Positions 39,963 through 49,070 of a stretch of 64,000 bases of DNA are shown here, piece by piece. Under the pieces are notes generated by a model. The model made no database searches. It was given only the letters and a program-made list of their open reading frames with translations, and was not told where the DNA came from. The number at the start of each line of letters is the position of its first letter. Position 1 is the first letter of the stretch. The translations under genes and the position numbers were made by a program. This DNA is from an uncultured Planctomycetales bacterium (GTDB taxonomy: Bacteria > Planctomycetota > Planctomycetia > Isosphaerales > Isosphaeraceae), in assembly GCA_903926465.1 (NCBI GenBank), contig CAIYJE010000089.1:8945-72944 (forward strand), read 5' to 3'.

Positions 39963-42815
39963 TCAAGGGGAAATCCGGCTGGGATTCGGGGCTTCGTTTG
40001 CAACCGTGCCGGCACGCTTGAGATAGGCAATCAGATCACGCAGTTCCTGGGCCGTCATCAAGCGTGTGAGGTCGTGCGGCATCAGTGACGTGGTGAGCGG
40101 CGTTCGTGCCTCAACCTCCTTGGTGGTTACGCTGATCGTTTTCCCGTCGGCCTGGCGGTAGACCTGCGTCTCATTGCCATCGGCCTCAAGCAGCCCTTCT
40201 ACCGAGGTTCCATCCTTGCGCTCCACGCGCCAAAGGGTGAACTGGGGGGCAATCTCTCGGCTCGGTTCCAGGATCGACTGGAGCAACCGCTCTTCCGAGG
40301 TCGATTCCCCCAAACCGGTGAGGTCGGGGCCAATCCGCTTCCCTCGGCCCGCCACCTGGTGACAATCCGCGCACTTGGGTCCACGTGGATGGAAAAAGAT
40401 CCGTTCCCCTTCCGCGGGATCTCCAGGGCGTGCCAGCATCGCGGCGACCTCCGTAGCTGGGAGGTCGGTGGAACTGGTGCCTCGTTCAAGAATCTCAATC
40501 AGGTTGGCTTGCTGGAGCACGCCACGTTCTTCTGAGGTTAATTCCATCCCACGCAGTGAGCGGGCAGCCTGGCGAGCTACCATCGCGTCGGTACTGGCCG
40601 CAAGATTTGTCAGGAGCCGCCTCTGGTCAACTTGCCCGGGAGTGAGTGCAGAAACGGCTTCGGCCCGGATTGCTGGCGGTTGCTTGGGATCGGCCGCCAG
40701 TTTGGCCAGTCGCTGACCGTCGGCTTCGCTGGCTCGCCCCACCAGAATCCGCACGGCCTCGGTTCTGAGCGCAGGATTGGCGGCGGACAGCAGGCCGTTG
40801 ATTCGCTCGTCGGTCAGTTCGGGCGATTTGGGATCAACCCAGCGCAGGGCCATGGCCCGGAACGCCTGTGGAAGCCGGTCTTCAAACGCCAGGCGGGCGC
40901 AGAGCTTGGGGTCGGGCCGTTCCCCGTCCAGGGCTTCCTTGGTGTTGTGGAGCTTGGCCATGGCTAGCAGGTACGCGCCAAAGAGCCGGTCAGTGAGCGG
41001 GCCGGCTTCTGCGCCTGCCAGCAGGTCGGCGGCCATTTCAGGTCCCGGGGTTGGTGTGATGACAAACCACTCAAGGGCCGCGAGCCGGATCTGGGGGTCG
41101 GCCTGGCGGAGTAAACTCGGCAAGACCTGCGGAGCAGCCAAGGGAGCAATCTCGCGCAGGGCGAGCAGGGCTTGGAGCTTCAACGCTGGGTCGGGGTTTC
41201 GTGTAAGTTCGACCAGTTGCTCAACGGACAACGATTGTTCCAGGCCCACTCTGGCGGCGAGCTGAAGGAATGGGTCCGCGGATTTGAGGGGATTCTGGAA
41301 CAGTTCCCATTTTTCACGGGTTTTCAGGTTCCGGAGTGCCCCTGCCTGCACGCTGGGATCTACGGTGGCGGCGGCGAGTTTCAGGGCTTCAGCGGAGCCC
41401 CCAGGCAGGTGGCGGGCAGCGATGGCCTGGACCCGAACGTCGAGCGAGCCAAGTCCCAGGCGACAGATATCCTCGGCGTTGCCAGGCTCGGTTGCCAGCA
41501 GAGTGCGCAACGCAACCGCCTGGGTGCTGGGGCTGGACTTCTTGTCTTGAAGAATGCCGATAAGGGTCTTTCGTCCGGCCTCTGTGGCTGCCAGTACCCT
41601 GGCCCCGGCTTCACGAATCCGTTGATCGGGATGAGCCAGACGTTCGGCATCGCTGGTTGGTTGAACGCGTGCCATGGGTGTACGTTGCTTGATGCGCCAG
41701 AGCCGGCCTTTGCCGTGTACGGAGTAAGAGCGGTCGACCCAGTCGGTCACAAAGATCGAGCCGTCTGGGGCCTGAGCGATACCAACCGGCCGGAACTGCT
41801 CGCCACCTTGAATGAGCACCTTTCGTGTAGCAGCCACCGAGGCTCCTCTGGATTCCACAGTGTACGCCTCGATCTGATGGTCGCCCCAGCTCGTGACCAG
41901 GATCTGGCCGCGGTAGGATGCAGGCAACTGGTCAGAGTCATAAACCAGCAAGCCAGAGGGGGCTTCACCGGTTCCGGCGGCCATGGGCAAAATCCCAGGC
42001 AATTCCCCATTCCAGGCGGTGAACGGGTGCAGGCCCCTACGGCCGTTGCGGAAGCGATAGCCGTAATCTCCCTTTTCAACCACGTTCAGTAGGCGGCAAG
42101 GGGGCCTGGAATCGGGGTCGTTATCCACGGTGAAGAGCCGTTCGAAGGAGTCAAAGGCCAGGTGGAACGGGTTCCAGAAACCGGTGGCGAACCGGGTCAG
42201 GCCGCCACCATTGTGATTGATCCGGAAAACGTTCCCACCTTCACCGCCACCCGTGTGGCTACGGCCATCGGCTCCAATCAGGCTGTAATCAGCACCCAGG
42301 TTTTCACCCATGCCAAAATAGATCGAGCCGTCAAAGTCTCGCGCAAACCCGGACAGACCGTTGTGGGGATAATCCCCCTTGGTGTCGAGATGGGCCAGGC
42401 TTTTCTGGTTGGTGACCTTGCCTTGGTTGTCTCGGGTGAGCCTGAAAATCTCGCGCCTGGTGGCGAGCAGAATGGAGTCATCTGGCTCAACCGCCACGTT
42501 CATTGTGAAGCGCGTTCCCTCAAAAATCACCGTGCGGGTTTCGAGCGTGCCGTCCCCGTTCTGATCCTCGAACTGAATGATCCGGTCGGCCGGTGGCCCT
42601 TGGTATCCTTCGGGTCGGAAGTGGGTGTGGCTCTCAACAACCAGCACCCGGCCCTTGGAGTCGATCGCAATCCCAACCGGCGTCATGAGGTCGGGCTCAC
42701 TGCTGATCAGTTCGACCTCAAGTGCGGGGTCGAGGGACCGCGGTATCACGGTTTGACCGGCTGAAAAAGATCCCCACAATGCAAGCACGGAACCGAACAG
42801 CAATCGAAGCCGCAT
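39963..42815 (-). CDS. PVC-type heme-binding CxxCH protein (membrane-bound dehydrogenase beta-propeller + HEAT repeats + cytochrome c domain)
   Basis: Signal peptide, then an N-terminal propeller (DGRVLVVESHTHF..., GGNVFRINHNGG), HEAT-like repeats, and C-terminal FFHPRGPKCADCHQVAGRGKRIGPDLTG. Confidence 0.85.
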   Translation of the reverse strand: MRLRLLFGSVLALWGSFSAGQTVIPRSLDPALEVELISSEPDLMTPVGIAIDSKGRVLVVESHTHFRPEGYQGPPADRIIQFEDQNGDGTLETRTVIFEGTRFTMNVAVEPDDSILLATRREIFRLTRDNQGKVTNQKSLAHLDTKGDYPHNGLSGFARDFDGSIYFGMGENLGADYSLIGADGRSHTGGGEGGNVFRINHNGGGLTRFATGFWNPFHLAFDSFERLFTVDNDPDSRPPCRLLNVVEKGDYGYRFRNGRRGLHPFTAWNGELPGILPMAAGTGEAPSGLLVYDSDQLPASYRGQILVTSWGDHQIEAYTVESRGASVAATRKVLIQGGEQFRPVGIAQAPDGSIFVTDWVDRSYSVHGKGRLWRIKQRTPMARVQPTSDAERLAHPDQRIREAGARVLAATEAGRKTLIGILQDKKSSPSTQAVALRTLLATEPGNAEDICRLGLGSLDVRVQAIAARHLPGGSAEALKLAAATVDPSVQAGALRNLKTREKWELFQNPLKSADPFLQLAARVGLEQSLSVEQLVELTRNPDPALKLQALLALREIAPLAAPQVLPSLLRQADPQIRLAALEWFVITPTPGPEMAADLLAGAEAGPLTDRLFGAYLLAMAKLHNTKEALDGERPDPKLCARLAFEDRLPQAFRAMALRWVDPKSPELTDERINGLLSAANPALRTEAVRILVGRASEADGQRLAKLAADPKQPPAIRAEAVSALTPGQVDQRRLLTNLAASTDAMVARQAARSLRGMELTSEERGVLQQANLIEILERGTSSTDLPATEVAAMLARPGDPAEGERIFFHPRGPKCADCHQVAGRGKRIGPDLTGLGESTSEERLLQSILEPSREIAPQFTLWRVERKDGTSVEGLLEADGNETQVYRQADGKTISVTTKEVEARTPLTTSLMPHDLTRLMTAQELRDLIAYLKRAGTVANEAPNPSRISP

Positions 42816-42946
42816 GATCAGCAGACCTTCTTGAAGTGTGAGTTTGAGCCGTAGAACGGGACGCGGTTGGAATGCGATTGCCTGAGTCTACAGGGGCGGT
42901 TGTCTGAGGGCGACCACCGAGCCCTGACTTTCGTCGGATAGGTTGT

Positions 42947-44173
42947 TCAGGCTGAGAACCGTTTCAAGACCAGGGCCGCCAGATGGCCGCCAAACCCAAG
43001 TGAGATCTTGAGCGCAGCCTGGGCCAGACACGGTTCTGCCACCGGTGAGGTTCGTAGACCGCAGAGCGGGTCGGGTTCGTTGCGGTTGAGGGTGGGCGGC
43101 ACCACGCCGTGGTGCAGGCTCAGGCAGGTGATCGCCAGTTCCACGGCTCCCGCGGCCCCCAGCGTGTGGCCGATCTGGGCCTTGTTTGCCACGGCCAGAA
43201 CCTCTCCGCTGCGTGAACCAAGCACCCGGGCCATCGCCGCGCATTCGAGAGGGTCGTTGCTCCGGGTCGCCGTGGCGTGCAGATTGACATGGCCCACTTC
43301 ACGGGGATGAACCCCCGACCAGTGCAGGGCTCGCTCGATCACCCCAGAAAGGGTGGTCGGGTCCGGGTCTAGATCGGTGAGATGGTGGGCATCGCTCCCC
43401 ATCGCGCCGCCGCAAACTTCCGCGTAAATCGTGGCCCCTCGGGCCAGGGCACGGTCGAGCCGTTCAAGCACAATAACGGCCGCCCCCTCGCCGGGCAGGA
43501 ACCCGGAACGAGTGCGGTCCAGAGGCCGGACCGCAAGGGTTGGTGCTTCGTCTGGGTGAAGCCGTGCAAGCACTCCCATGCGGCGAAATGCGCCAAGGAC
43601 CAGAGGGTCAAGTGAGGCGTCTCCCGCGCCAGCCAGCGCCAGATCACATTCCCCACGCCGGATCAGATCAAACGCGCGAAGGACGGCCACAAGGCCGGTG
43701 GCGCATGCGGCAACCGGGGCGAGTGAGGGCCCCGTCAGATCCCAGATCTCGGCCACTCGAGACGCCGTCCCGCCTGGTGTCACCCCCCAGTCGAAACTGG
43801 CAGCATGCGCGCCATCGGCCAGCTGCCGGGCATGCATCCTGCCCAGAGAGCCAAGGTCCCCCTTGCTCAGGCCCAGCACCGTGGCCACGCGATCTCGAAT
43901 CGACCGTGATTCGAGGCAAATCCGGGCATCCGCAATCGCCTCACGGGTTGCCTCCACAATCTGGTCGCTGGAGCAGAGCGGACTTCCTTCGATCGGGTAC
44001 CCGGCAAACTTCGGGCACGCCATGCCAGATTCTACATCCAGCCAGCGTGCACCAACCCGGCCGGCGAGTAAGCCAGACCAGGTGGAGTCTCGGTTGGGCC
44101 CAAGCGCAGTGCGGAGCCCCAGACCGGTGACGACAATCCGAGCCGAACCCATTCCGTGCCGCGGCGACGACAT
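42947..44173 (-). CDS. beta-ketoacyl-[ACP] synthase, KAS I/II (FabF/FabB) type
   Basis: IVVTGLGLRTALG and the full Cys-His-His triad contexts: AACATG, NLHATATRSNDPLE, IGHTLGAAGAVE. Confidence 0.9.
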   Translation of the reverse strand: MSSPRHGMGSARIVVTGLGLRTALGPNRDSTWSGLLAGRVGARWLDVESGMACPKFAGYPIEGSPLCSSDQIVEATREAIADARICLESRSIRDRVATVLGLSKGDLGSLGRMHARQLADGAHAASFDWGVTPGGTASRVAEIWDLTGPSLAPVAACATGLVAVLRAFDLIRRGECDLALAGAGDASLDPLVLGAFRRMGVLARLHPDEAPTLAVRPLDRTRSGFLPGEGAAVIVLERLDRALARGATIYAEVCGGAMGSDAHHLTDLDPDPTTLSGVIERALHWSGVHPREVGHVNLHATATRSNDPLECAAMARVLGSRSGEVLAVANKAQIGHTLGAAGAVELAITCLSLHHGVVPPTLNRNEPDPLCGLRTSPVAEPCLAQAALKISLGFGGHLAALVLKRFSA

Positions 44174-44194
44174 GTCAGATGCGGCCTCTCATCG

Positions 44195-45202
44195 TCAGTC
44201 GCCGCGAGCGGGCAACGGGCGGAGTCCAAGACGCGCAAACAGCTGTGCGTCACGGTCTTCACCGGGATTGGCTGTGGTGAGCAACTTCTCGCCACTGAAA
44301 ATCGAGTTTGCCCCAGCCAGGAAACAAAGTGCCTGGTCCATCTCGGTCATGCCAACCCGGCCTGCCGAAAGGCGAACCATGGAACTGGGGAAGAGGATTC
44401 TGGCCGTGGCAATCATCCGGACCATGTCCCAGATGGGGACGGGCGGTTGATCTTCCAAGGGGGTGCCTTCCACCGCCACCAGGGCGTTGATCGGAACCGA
44501 TTCTGGTGCTTCGGGCAGGCTGGCCAGTGATTCGAGTAACCCGATCCGATCTTCGTCGGACTCTCCCATGCCAACGATGCCACCGCAACAGACCGAGATT
44601 CCAGCCTCACGCACACGGCCGAGCGTGCGGATGCGGTCTTCGTAGGTTCGGGTGTGGATGATCTCGCCATAATATTCGGGCGACGTGTCGAGGTTGTGGT
44701 TGTAAGCGTCCAGGCCGGCCTCTTTGAGTCGTGCCGCCTGAGAGTCGTTCAGCATGCCCAGGGTGCAACAGATTTCCAGGCCGCCCTCGGCCTTGATGGC
44801 CCGGACCATCTCCAGAATGTGGTCGAACTGGGGACCGTCCTTCACTTCCCGCCAAGCCGCCCCCATGCAGAAGCGCGTGGCGCCAGACTCGCGTGCCGCC
44901 CGGGCCGCCTCCAGCACATTGTCATTCGGCATCAGTTTCTGGGCCGTGACATCGGTGTGGTAGCGCGCCGCCTGCGGACAATATGAGCAATCCTCGGGAC
45001 AGCCGCCGGTTTTCACCGAGAGCAAGACACAAACCTGGATCTCGCCCGGTTGATGGTGGTCTCTATGAACCGTGTTAGCCTGGCTAACCAGTTCTATGAG
45101 CGGGGTGTGGTAAACCTCGCTGATGGCCGCACGAGTCCAACTGGTCGAGGCGAGGCCGGTCTGCTGACCGGAAGCCGGTTTCCGTTCCATGGTCGACATC
45201 AA
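44195..45202 (-). CDS. bioB: biotin synthase
   Basis: Radical-SAM [10 protein letters not shown]. Also [20 protein letters not shown] and [10 protein letters not shown]. Confidence 0.95.
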   Translation of the reverse strand: MMSTMERKPASGQQTGLASTSWTRAAISEVYHTPLIELVSQANTVHRDHHQPGEIQVCVLLSVKTGGCPEDCSYCPQAARYHTDVTAQKLMPNDNVLEAARAARESGATRFCMGAAWREVKDGPQFDHILEMVRAIKAEGGLEICCTLGMLNDSQAARLKEAGLDAYNHNLDTSPEYYGEIIHTRTYEDRIRTLGRVREAGISVCCGGIVGMGESDEDRIGLLESLASLPEAPESVPINALVAVEGTPLEDQPPVPIWDMVRMIATARILFPSSMVRLSAGRVGMTEMDQALCFLAGANSIFSGEKLLTTANPGEDRDAQLFARLGLRPLPARGD

Positions 45203-45251
45203 AAGGCTCCGAGCGAATTCTGGAAGACAAGTGTTCGAGAGTGCGGAGTCG

Positions 45252-45518
45252 TTACTTCGCGATCGACCGGCGGGACGACTTGCTCACCAGGAACACGCTG
45301 AGACCGGCCAGGATAGCGAATCCAACATAGCCCATGGTGGGGTCACCGGTCGATTCCGCCTCGGCGGGTCCCTGGGCGCCTGGCAGGCCATTTCCCGGAG
45401 GAGCCTGGGCCAGCACCTGAGCGTTTGGGCTGCACACCGCCAGAGCTAGCGCCAGGGCCAGCGTCTGGAGCACTCGCCCCAGCAAGATTCCGCCAGTTTG
45501 CGTTTCACGGAAGATCAT
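45252..45518 (-). CDS. small exported/membrane protein (signal peptide + C-terminal TM helix with basic tail)
   Basis: 88 aa from the ATG that overlaps the upstream stop (ATGA). Reads [15 protein letters not shown]..., then a Gly/Pro/Ala-rich segment, then [30 protein letters not shown]. Confidence 0.5.
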   Translation of the reverse strand: MIFRETQTGGILLGRVLQTLALALALAVCSPNAQVLAQAPPGNGLPGAQGPAEAESTGDPTMGYVGFAILAGLSVFLVSKSSRRSIAK

Positions 45519-46075
45519 GAGCGAATTTCCTGCAAAGTTTCGAGAGGGCGAACTGCGGCCGCGTTCATCGGTAGCCAATCCAGAAGTGGCCGAACTCTGC
45601 CCCGGAATTCCGCGCGGGCCATTGAAACCGCTTTCCAGGCCGGCCCGCGAGATCGAAGATGCTCAACGTACTGATCATGAGCCACAGCCCAGAAGCGGTA
45701 GTGGAGATCGCGCATGACGAAGGCACCATCACCGGGCGGTAGGCCGAAGATGGGTGGGGATTCCGCGTAGGCAAACACGAGCAAGGAACGGAAGCCAGGC
45801 CCAAACATCGACTGCCAGCGGGCCAGTCCATCGAGATCGTCCAGGGTGACCCAGTTCTCCCAGGGACGACGTCCCAGAGCGTTCTTTCCACGCTTCCCCT
45901 TCACTTCGACCACCAGATTGACAGCACCCCGAGGATATAGCAAGAAGTCTGGGTTTTTCACCCCGATTGGGCCACAAAGGGGGCGCTTGGCTTCATCAAC
46001 GGCCACGCACGGAACTCTCAGAGCCCGGACGTAGGCCTCAAAGGCTCGCTCGTAATGGTTGTTTCGCCGCGCCAT
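45515..46075 (-). CDS. HYExAFE family protein (PD-(D/E)xK nuclease-like motif)
   Basis: N-terminus MARRNNHYERAFEAYVR carries the name-giving motif (family name recalled from NCBI naming). NPDFLLYP...LVVEVKGKR has PD...ExK spacing. Confidence 0.65.
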   Translation of the reverse strand: MARRNNHYERAFEAYVRALRVPCVAVDEAKRPLCGPIGVKNPDFLLYPRGAVNLVVEVKGKRGKNALGRRPWENWVTLDDLDGLARWQSMFGPGFRSLLVFAYAESPPIFGLPPGDGAFVMRDLHYRFWAVAHDQYVEHLRSRGPAWKAVSMARAEFRGRVRPLLDWLPMNAAAVRPLETLQEIRS

Positions 46076-46119
46076 GGTGGTTTGCCCTTCGCTCCTTCAG
46101 GCTGATCCTTTGCTCAGGT

Positions 46120-46614
46120 TCAGTCAGGCATCGAGATCACCGGCAACAGGCTCGGTGGTCCCGATTTGCTCCGTGCTTGACGACGGGGTGGCAGCACCGC
46201 GTCGGCGTATTCCCAGATCTGTTCGGGGGTCTCAAAGATCTTGTCAAAGCCCCACTCCGAGTCGTACTCGCAGTCATCGGTCGTGTATTCACGACAGATC
46301 TTGGGCCGGTTCAAGTAAATTCCGCAGCGATTATCGGGCAGCAGGAACTGGCATTTGGAGAAGACCAGCAAGTACCAGGTCGACTTTTCTACGTAAATCA
46401 GGGTTCCGCCGTGCGCAAGGTACCAGCGGATGGAGTCATAATCGTCCCAGGTTGTGGGGGTGTCGATTGGTAAACAGAAATATCGACAGCATTTTCCCGT
46501 GCAGTGGTTGCACAGGCAATCGCCAGACTTCAAATCTTCGCGGCTGAGCCTTCTCTTGGCTTTGGAAGTAGATCGACTCACGCGAACCCCTGCTGCCTTT
46601 TGATTTCGGACCAC
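46120..46614 (-). CDS. YkgJ family cysteine-cluster protein
   Basis: CNHCTGKCCRYF (CxxCxxCC) plus a second Cys group, C..NRCGIY...P..C. Confidence 0.7.
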   Translation of the reverse strand: MVRNQKAAGVRVSRSTSKAKRRLSREDLKSGDCLCNHCTGKCCRYFCLPIDTPTTWDDYDSIRWYLAHGGTLIYVEKSTWYLLVFSKCQFLLPDNRCGIYLNRPKICREYTTDDCEYDSEWGFDKIFETPEQIWEYADAVLPPRRQARSKSGPPSLLPVISMPD

Positions 46615-46677
46615 TGAACAAAAAGAGATTATCCACGCCCATGTCCGGGGTTCGTCAAGAGGCGAGCCCCTCCATGT

Positions 46678-47751
46678 TCATGACTTTCGGCTTCTGAGAT
46701 TCTGGCTGACCCGGACCAGGAACCGTTGTTCTTCGCGGGTGAGTGAGGCCTTGCCGGAAACGTGAAGCTTTTCCAGGATTTCGTCCAGCCGCATCGCCTC
46801 GGCCGCGGTCTTTCGCTCGCGGCGCAGTTTGCGCTGTTCAGACTGCTTCTGTCGCCAGCGTACCAGGGTTCCTTCGGTCTGGGGTCGAACCCGGGACGCT
46901 TCGGCGTCCAGGCTGGTGTAGCCCTGCGAGAAGTCGTAACCGAAGGCTCCCTCCTCAAAATAACCATTCTCCTCCAGAATCCGAGCTTCATTCCGGACCA
47001 GCCATTCAATCAGCAAAGCCAGGCTGAGCAAGATCAGCCCGCCCGGCTTATGAAAGCTCAGGCGGAAGAGGCCGGCCAGCCCCAGCATCCCTGCGAACAC
47101 GCGTGCGATGTAAGGAGAAATTTCGCGATCGCGGTAAAACCCGCCCAACCAGTCGCGGCAAATCCGCCCCATATCAAACGGCAGAGCCGGTATCAGGTTC
47201 GCCAGAAAAAGAACCCAGTTCAGAAACGCGAACCAGATCAGGCACCAGGCTGGAGAAAGGGGTGTGAGTCTGGGATGGCTGCCGGCCGGATTCCAGGAAA
47301 AGATGGCCCGAGCCGGCTCTCCAAACGGATTCCACTCAGGATGGTACCCAAAAAGGTAAAGCACCAAGCCCGAGGCCAGAGCTAGAGCCAGACTGGCCGT
47401 GAGCCCGGCGGCAGCTATCGCCGCCCGTTCCGGCGATTGTCCGAACGTTTGACCGCTTGGCACTGCAAAGTTGCCCAGGGGCCAGAGTCGGATCTCTTCC
47501 TGGGGCAGTTCGAAGAACGATGCAAAGCACCATTCCGCCAGTTCGTGGATCAGCAAGACGGCAAGCAAAATGCCGAGCCAGCTAGTCGTTTCCAGCAGGC
47601 CCTGAAGTGCACCTGCCGGGTCAAAAAGAGCGGCGAATAACCGCGACCCTGCGAAAACCAGCAGCAACAGATGGACCCGGACGGGGGTGCCAGCCCATTG
47701 CGTCAGCGGAAACGACCAGGAAAGCAGATCGGGCATCGGGATTCCACTCAA
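46678..47751 (-). CDS. site-2 protease (M50) homologue with HExxE in place of HExxH and a basic coiled-coil C-terminal tail
   Basis: Aligns by eye to the canonical M50 at 29407-30513. LLIHELAEWCFASFFELP matches VVLHELGHAVAAQRFGVP, and NLIPALPFDMGRI matches NLIPAFPMDGGRV. Confidence 0.75.
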   Translation of the reverse strand: MSGIPMPDLLSWSFPLTQWAGTPVRVHLLLLVFAGSRLFAALFDPAGALQGLLETTSWLGILLAVLLIHELAEWCFASFFELPQEEIRLWPLGNFAVPSGQTFGQSPERAAIAAAGLTASLALALASGLVLYLFGYHPEWNPFGEPARAIFSWNPAGSHPRLTPLSPAWCLIWFAFLNWVLFLANLIPALPFDMGRICRDWLGGFYRDREISPYIARVFAGMLGLAGLFRLSFHKPGGLILLSLALLIEWLVRNEARILEENGYFEEGAFGYDFSQGYTSLDAEASRVRPQTEGTLVRWRQKQSEQRKLRRERKTAAEAMRLDEILEKLHVSGKASLTREEQRFLVRVSQNLRSRKS

Positions 47752-47918
47752 GGGATCAGCCAGGAAAAGGCCCGTGAATCCCTGAATAAAATCCTATCGG
47801 CAGGCTCCCTCTCATGGCAACACGCCTTGATCCGGGATGGGGCGGTATTTCGGCGACCCGTCTTCTCGCGTTCCGATACTTAAAGCGATATGATCCGGTA
47901 TTCTTACTGGAGAAAGCC

Positions 47919-49052
47919 GTGTCTGATACCGTCAAAAACGCCCAGCCCAGTGACGATGTTCATGTGGCGTTGGGTGAACGATCCTACACTATCCGTATTG
48001 TGTCTCAGGCTTCGTCGCAATTTGGCAACTTTGCAAGACAGAGCCTGGACGCATCCTGGGCTGGTCAAGGATGCAAGCGTGGGCTGATTGTGACCGACAA
48101 GAACGTTCGGCCAATCGCCGAACGTCTGGCCGGTTCACTTGCCGGCGCAGGGATTGAGACTGATCAGGTGGTGATGGAACCGGGCGAGGAGACAAAATCC
48201 CTCGCGGCGGCATCGAAACTCTGGGACCTTCTGGTTGGTCACCGGGCCGACCGTCACACCGTGGTGATTGCGGTGGGGGGCGGCGTGATTGGTGACCTGG
48301 CTGGGTTTGTGGCGGCCACCTACGCCCGTGGCTTGCCCTTGCTGATGGTGCCCACCAGCCTGCTGGCGCAGGTGGATAGCTCTGTGGGTGGCAAGGTCGG
48401 CATCAATCATCCCGAGGTCAAGAATATCCTGGGCGCCTTCCACCAGCCTGCGGGCGTGTGGATTGATACCGAGTTCCTGGAGACCTTACCGCCACGCCAG
48501 TTTCACTGCGGCCTGGCCGAGGTTGTGAAGTACGGCGTGATTCTGGATGAGCCGTTTTTTCAGGAACTGGAGAATGCCGAGCCAGACATTCTGGCCATGG
48601 ATCCGGTCTGGCTGCGCAGAATTGTGTCTCGAAGTTGTGAGCTGAAGGCCCAGGTGGTTGAGCAAGATGAACGCGAAACCACCGGTATCCGGGCGGCCCT
48701 GAACTTCGGCCACACCATTGGGCACGCCATTGAGGCCGTGGCTGGGTATGGTGGAGCTTACAACCATGGCGAAGCGGTTTCGGTGGGAATGGTGGCAGAG
48801 ACCCGGATTGCCGAGCGACTCGGCTGGATCGATGCCGGCACCAGACGCAGGATCGAACTGTTGCTCGGTCGCTTTGGTCTTCCCACGGCCGCCCCAGAAC
48901 TTGAGACAGAACCGCTGCTGGAAGCGATGACCCGCGACAAGAAAAATCGGGCGGGCACGATTCGCTTTGTACTACCCAGACGATTAGGCCACGTGGAACT
49001 CACGGACGTTGTCACCCCCGAGCTGATCCGAAGCGTACTCGACGCTCAGTGA
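47919..49052 (+). CDS. aroB: 3-dehydroquinate synthase
   Basis: GGGVIGDLAGFVAATYARGLPLLMVPTSLLAQVDSSVGGKVGINH and NFGHTIGHAIE. The GTG at 47919 has GGAG 6 nt upstream. The longest ORF starts at ATG 47814. Confidence 0.9.
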   Translation: MSDTVKNAQPSDDVHVALGERSYTIRIVSQASSQFGNFARQSLDASWAGQGCKRGLIVTDKNVRPIAERLAGSLAGAGIETDQVVMEPGEETKSLAAASKLWDLLVGHRADRHTVVIAVGGGVIGDLAGFVAATYARGLPLLMVPTSLLAQVDSSVGGKVGINHPEVKNILGAFHQPAGVWIDTEFLETLPPRQFHCGLAEVVKYGVILDEPFFQELENAEPDILAMDPVWLRRIVSRSCELKAQVVEQDERETTGIRAALNFGHTIGHAIEAVAGYGGAYNHGEAVSVGMVAETRIAERLGWIDAGTRRRIELLLGRFGLPTAAPELETEPLLEAMTRDKKNRAGTIRFVLPRRLGHVELTDVVTPELIRSVLDAQ

Positions 49053-49070
49053 CGATTCAGAAAGCCACCC

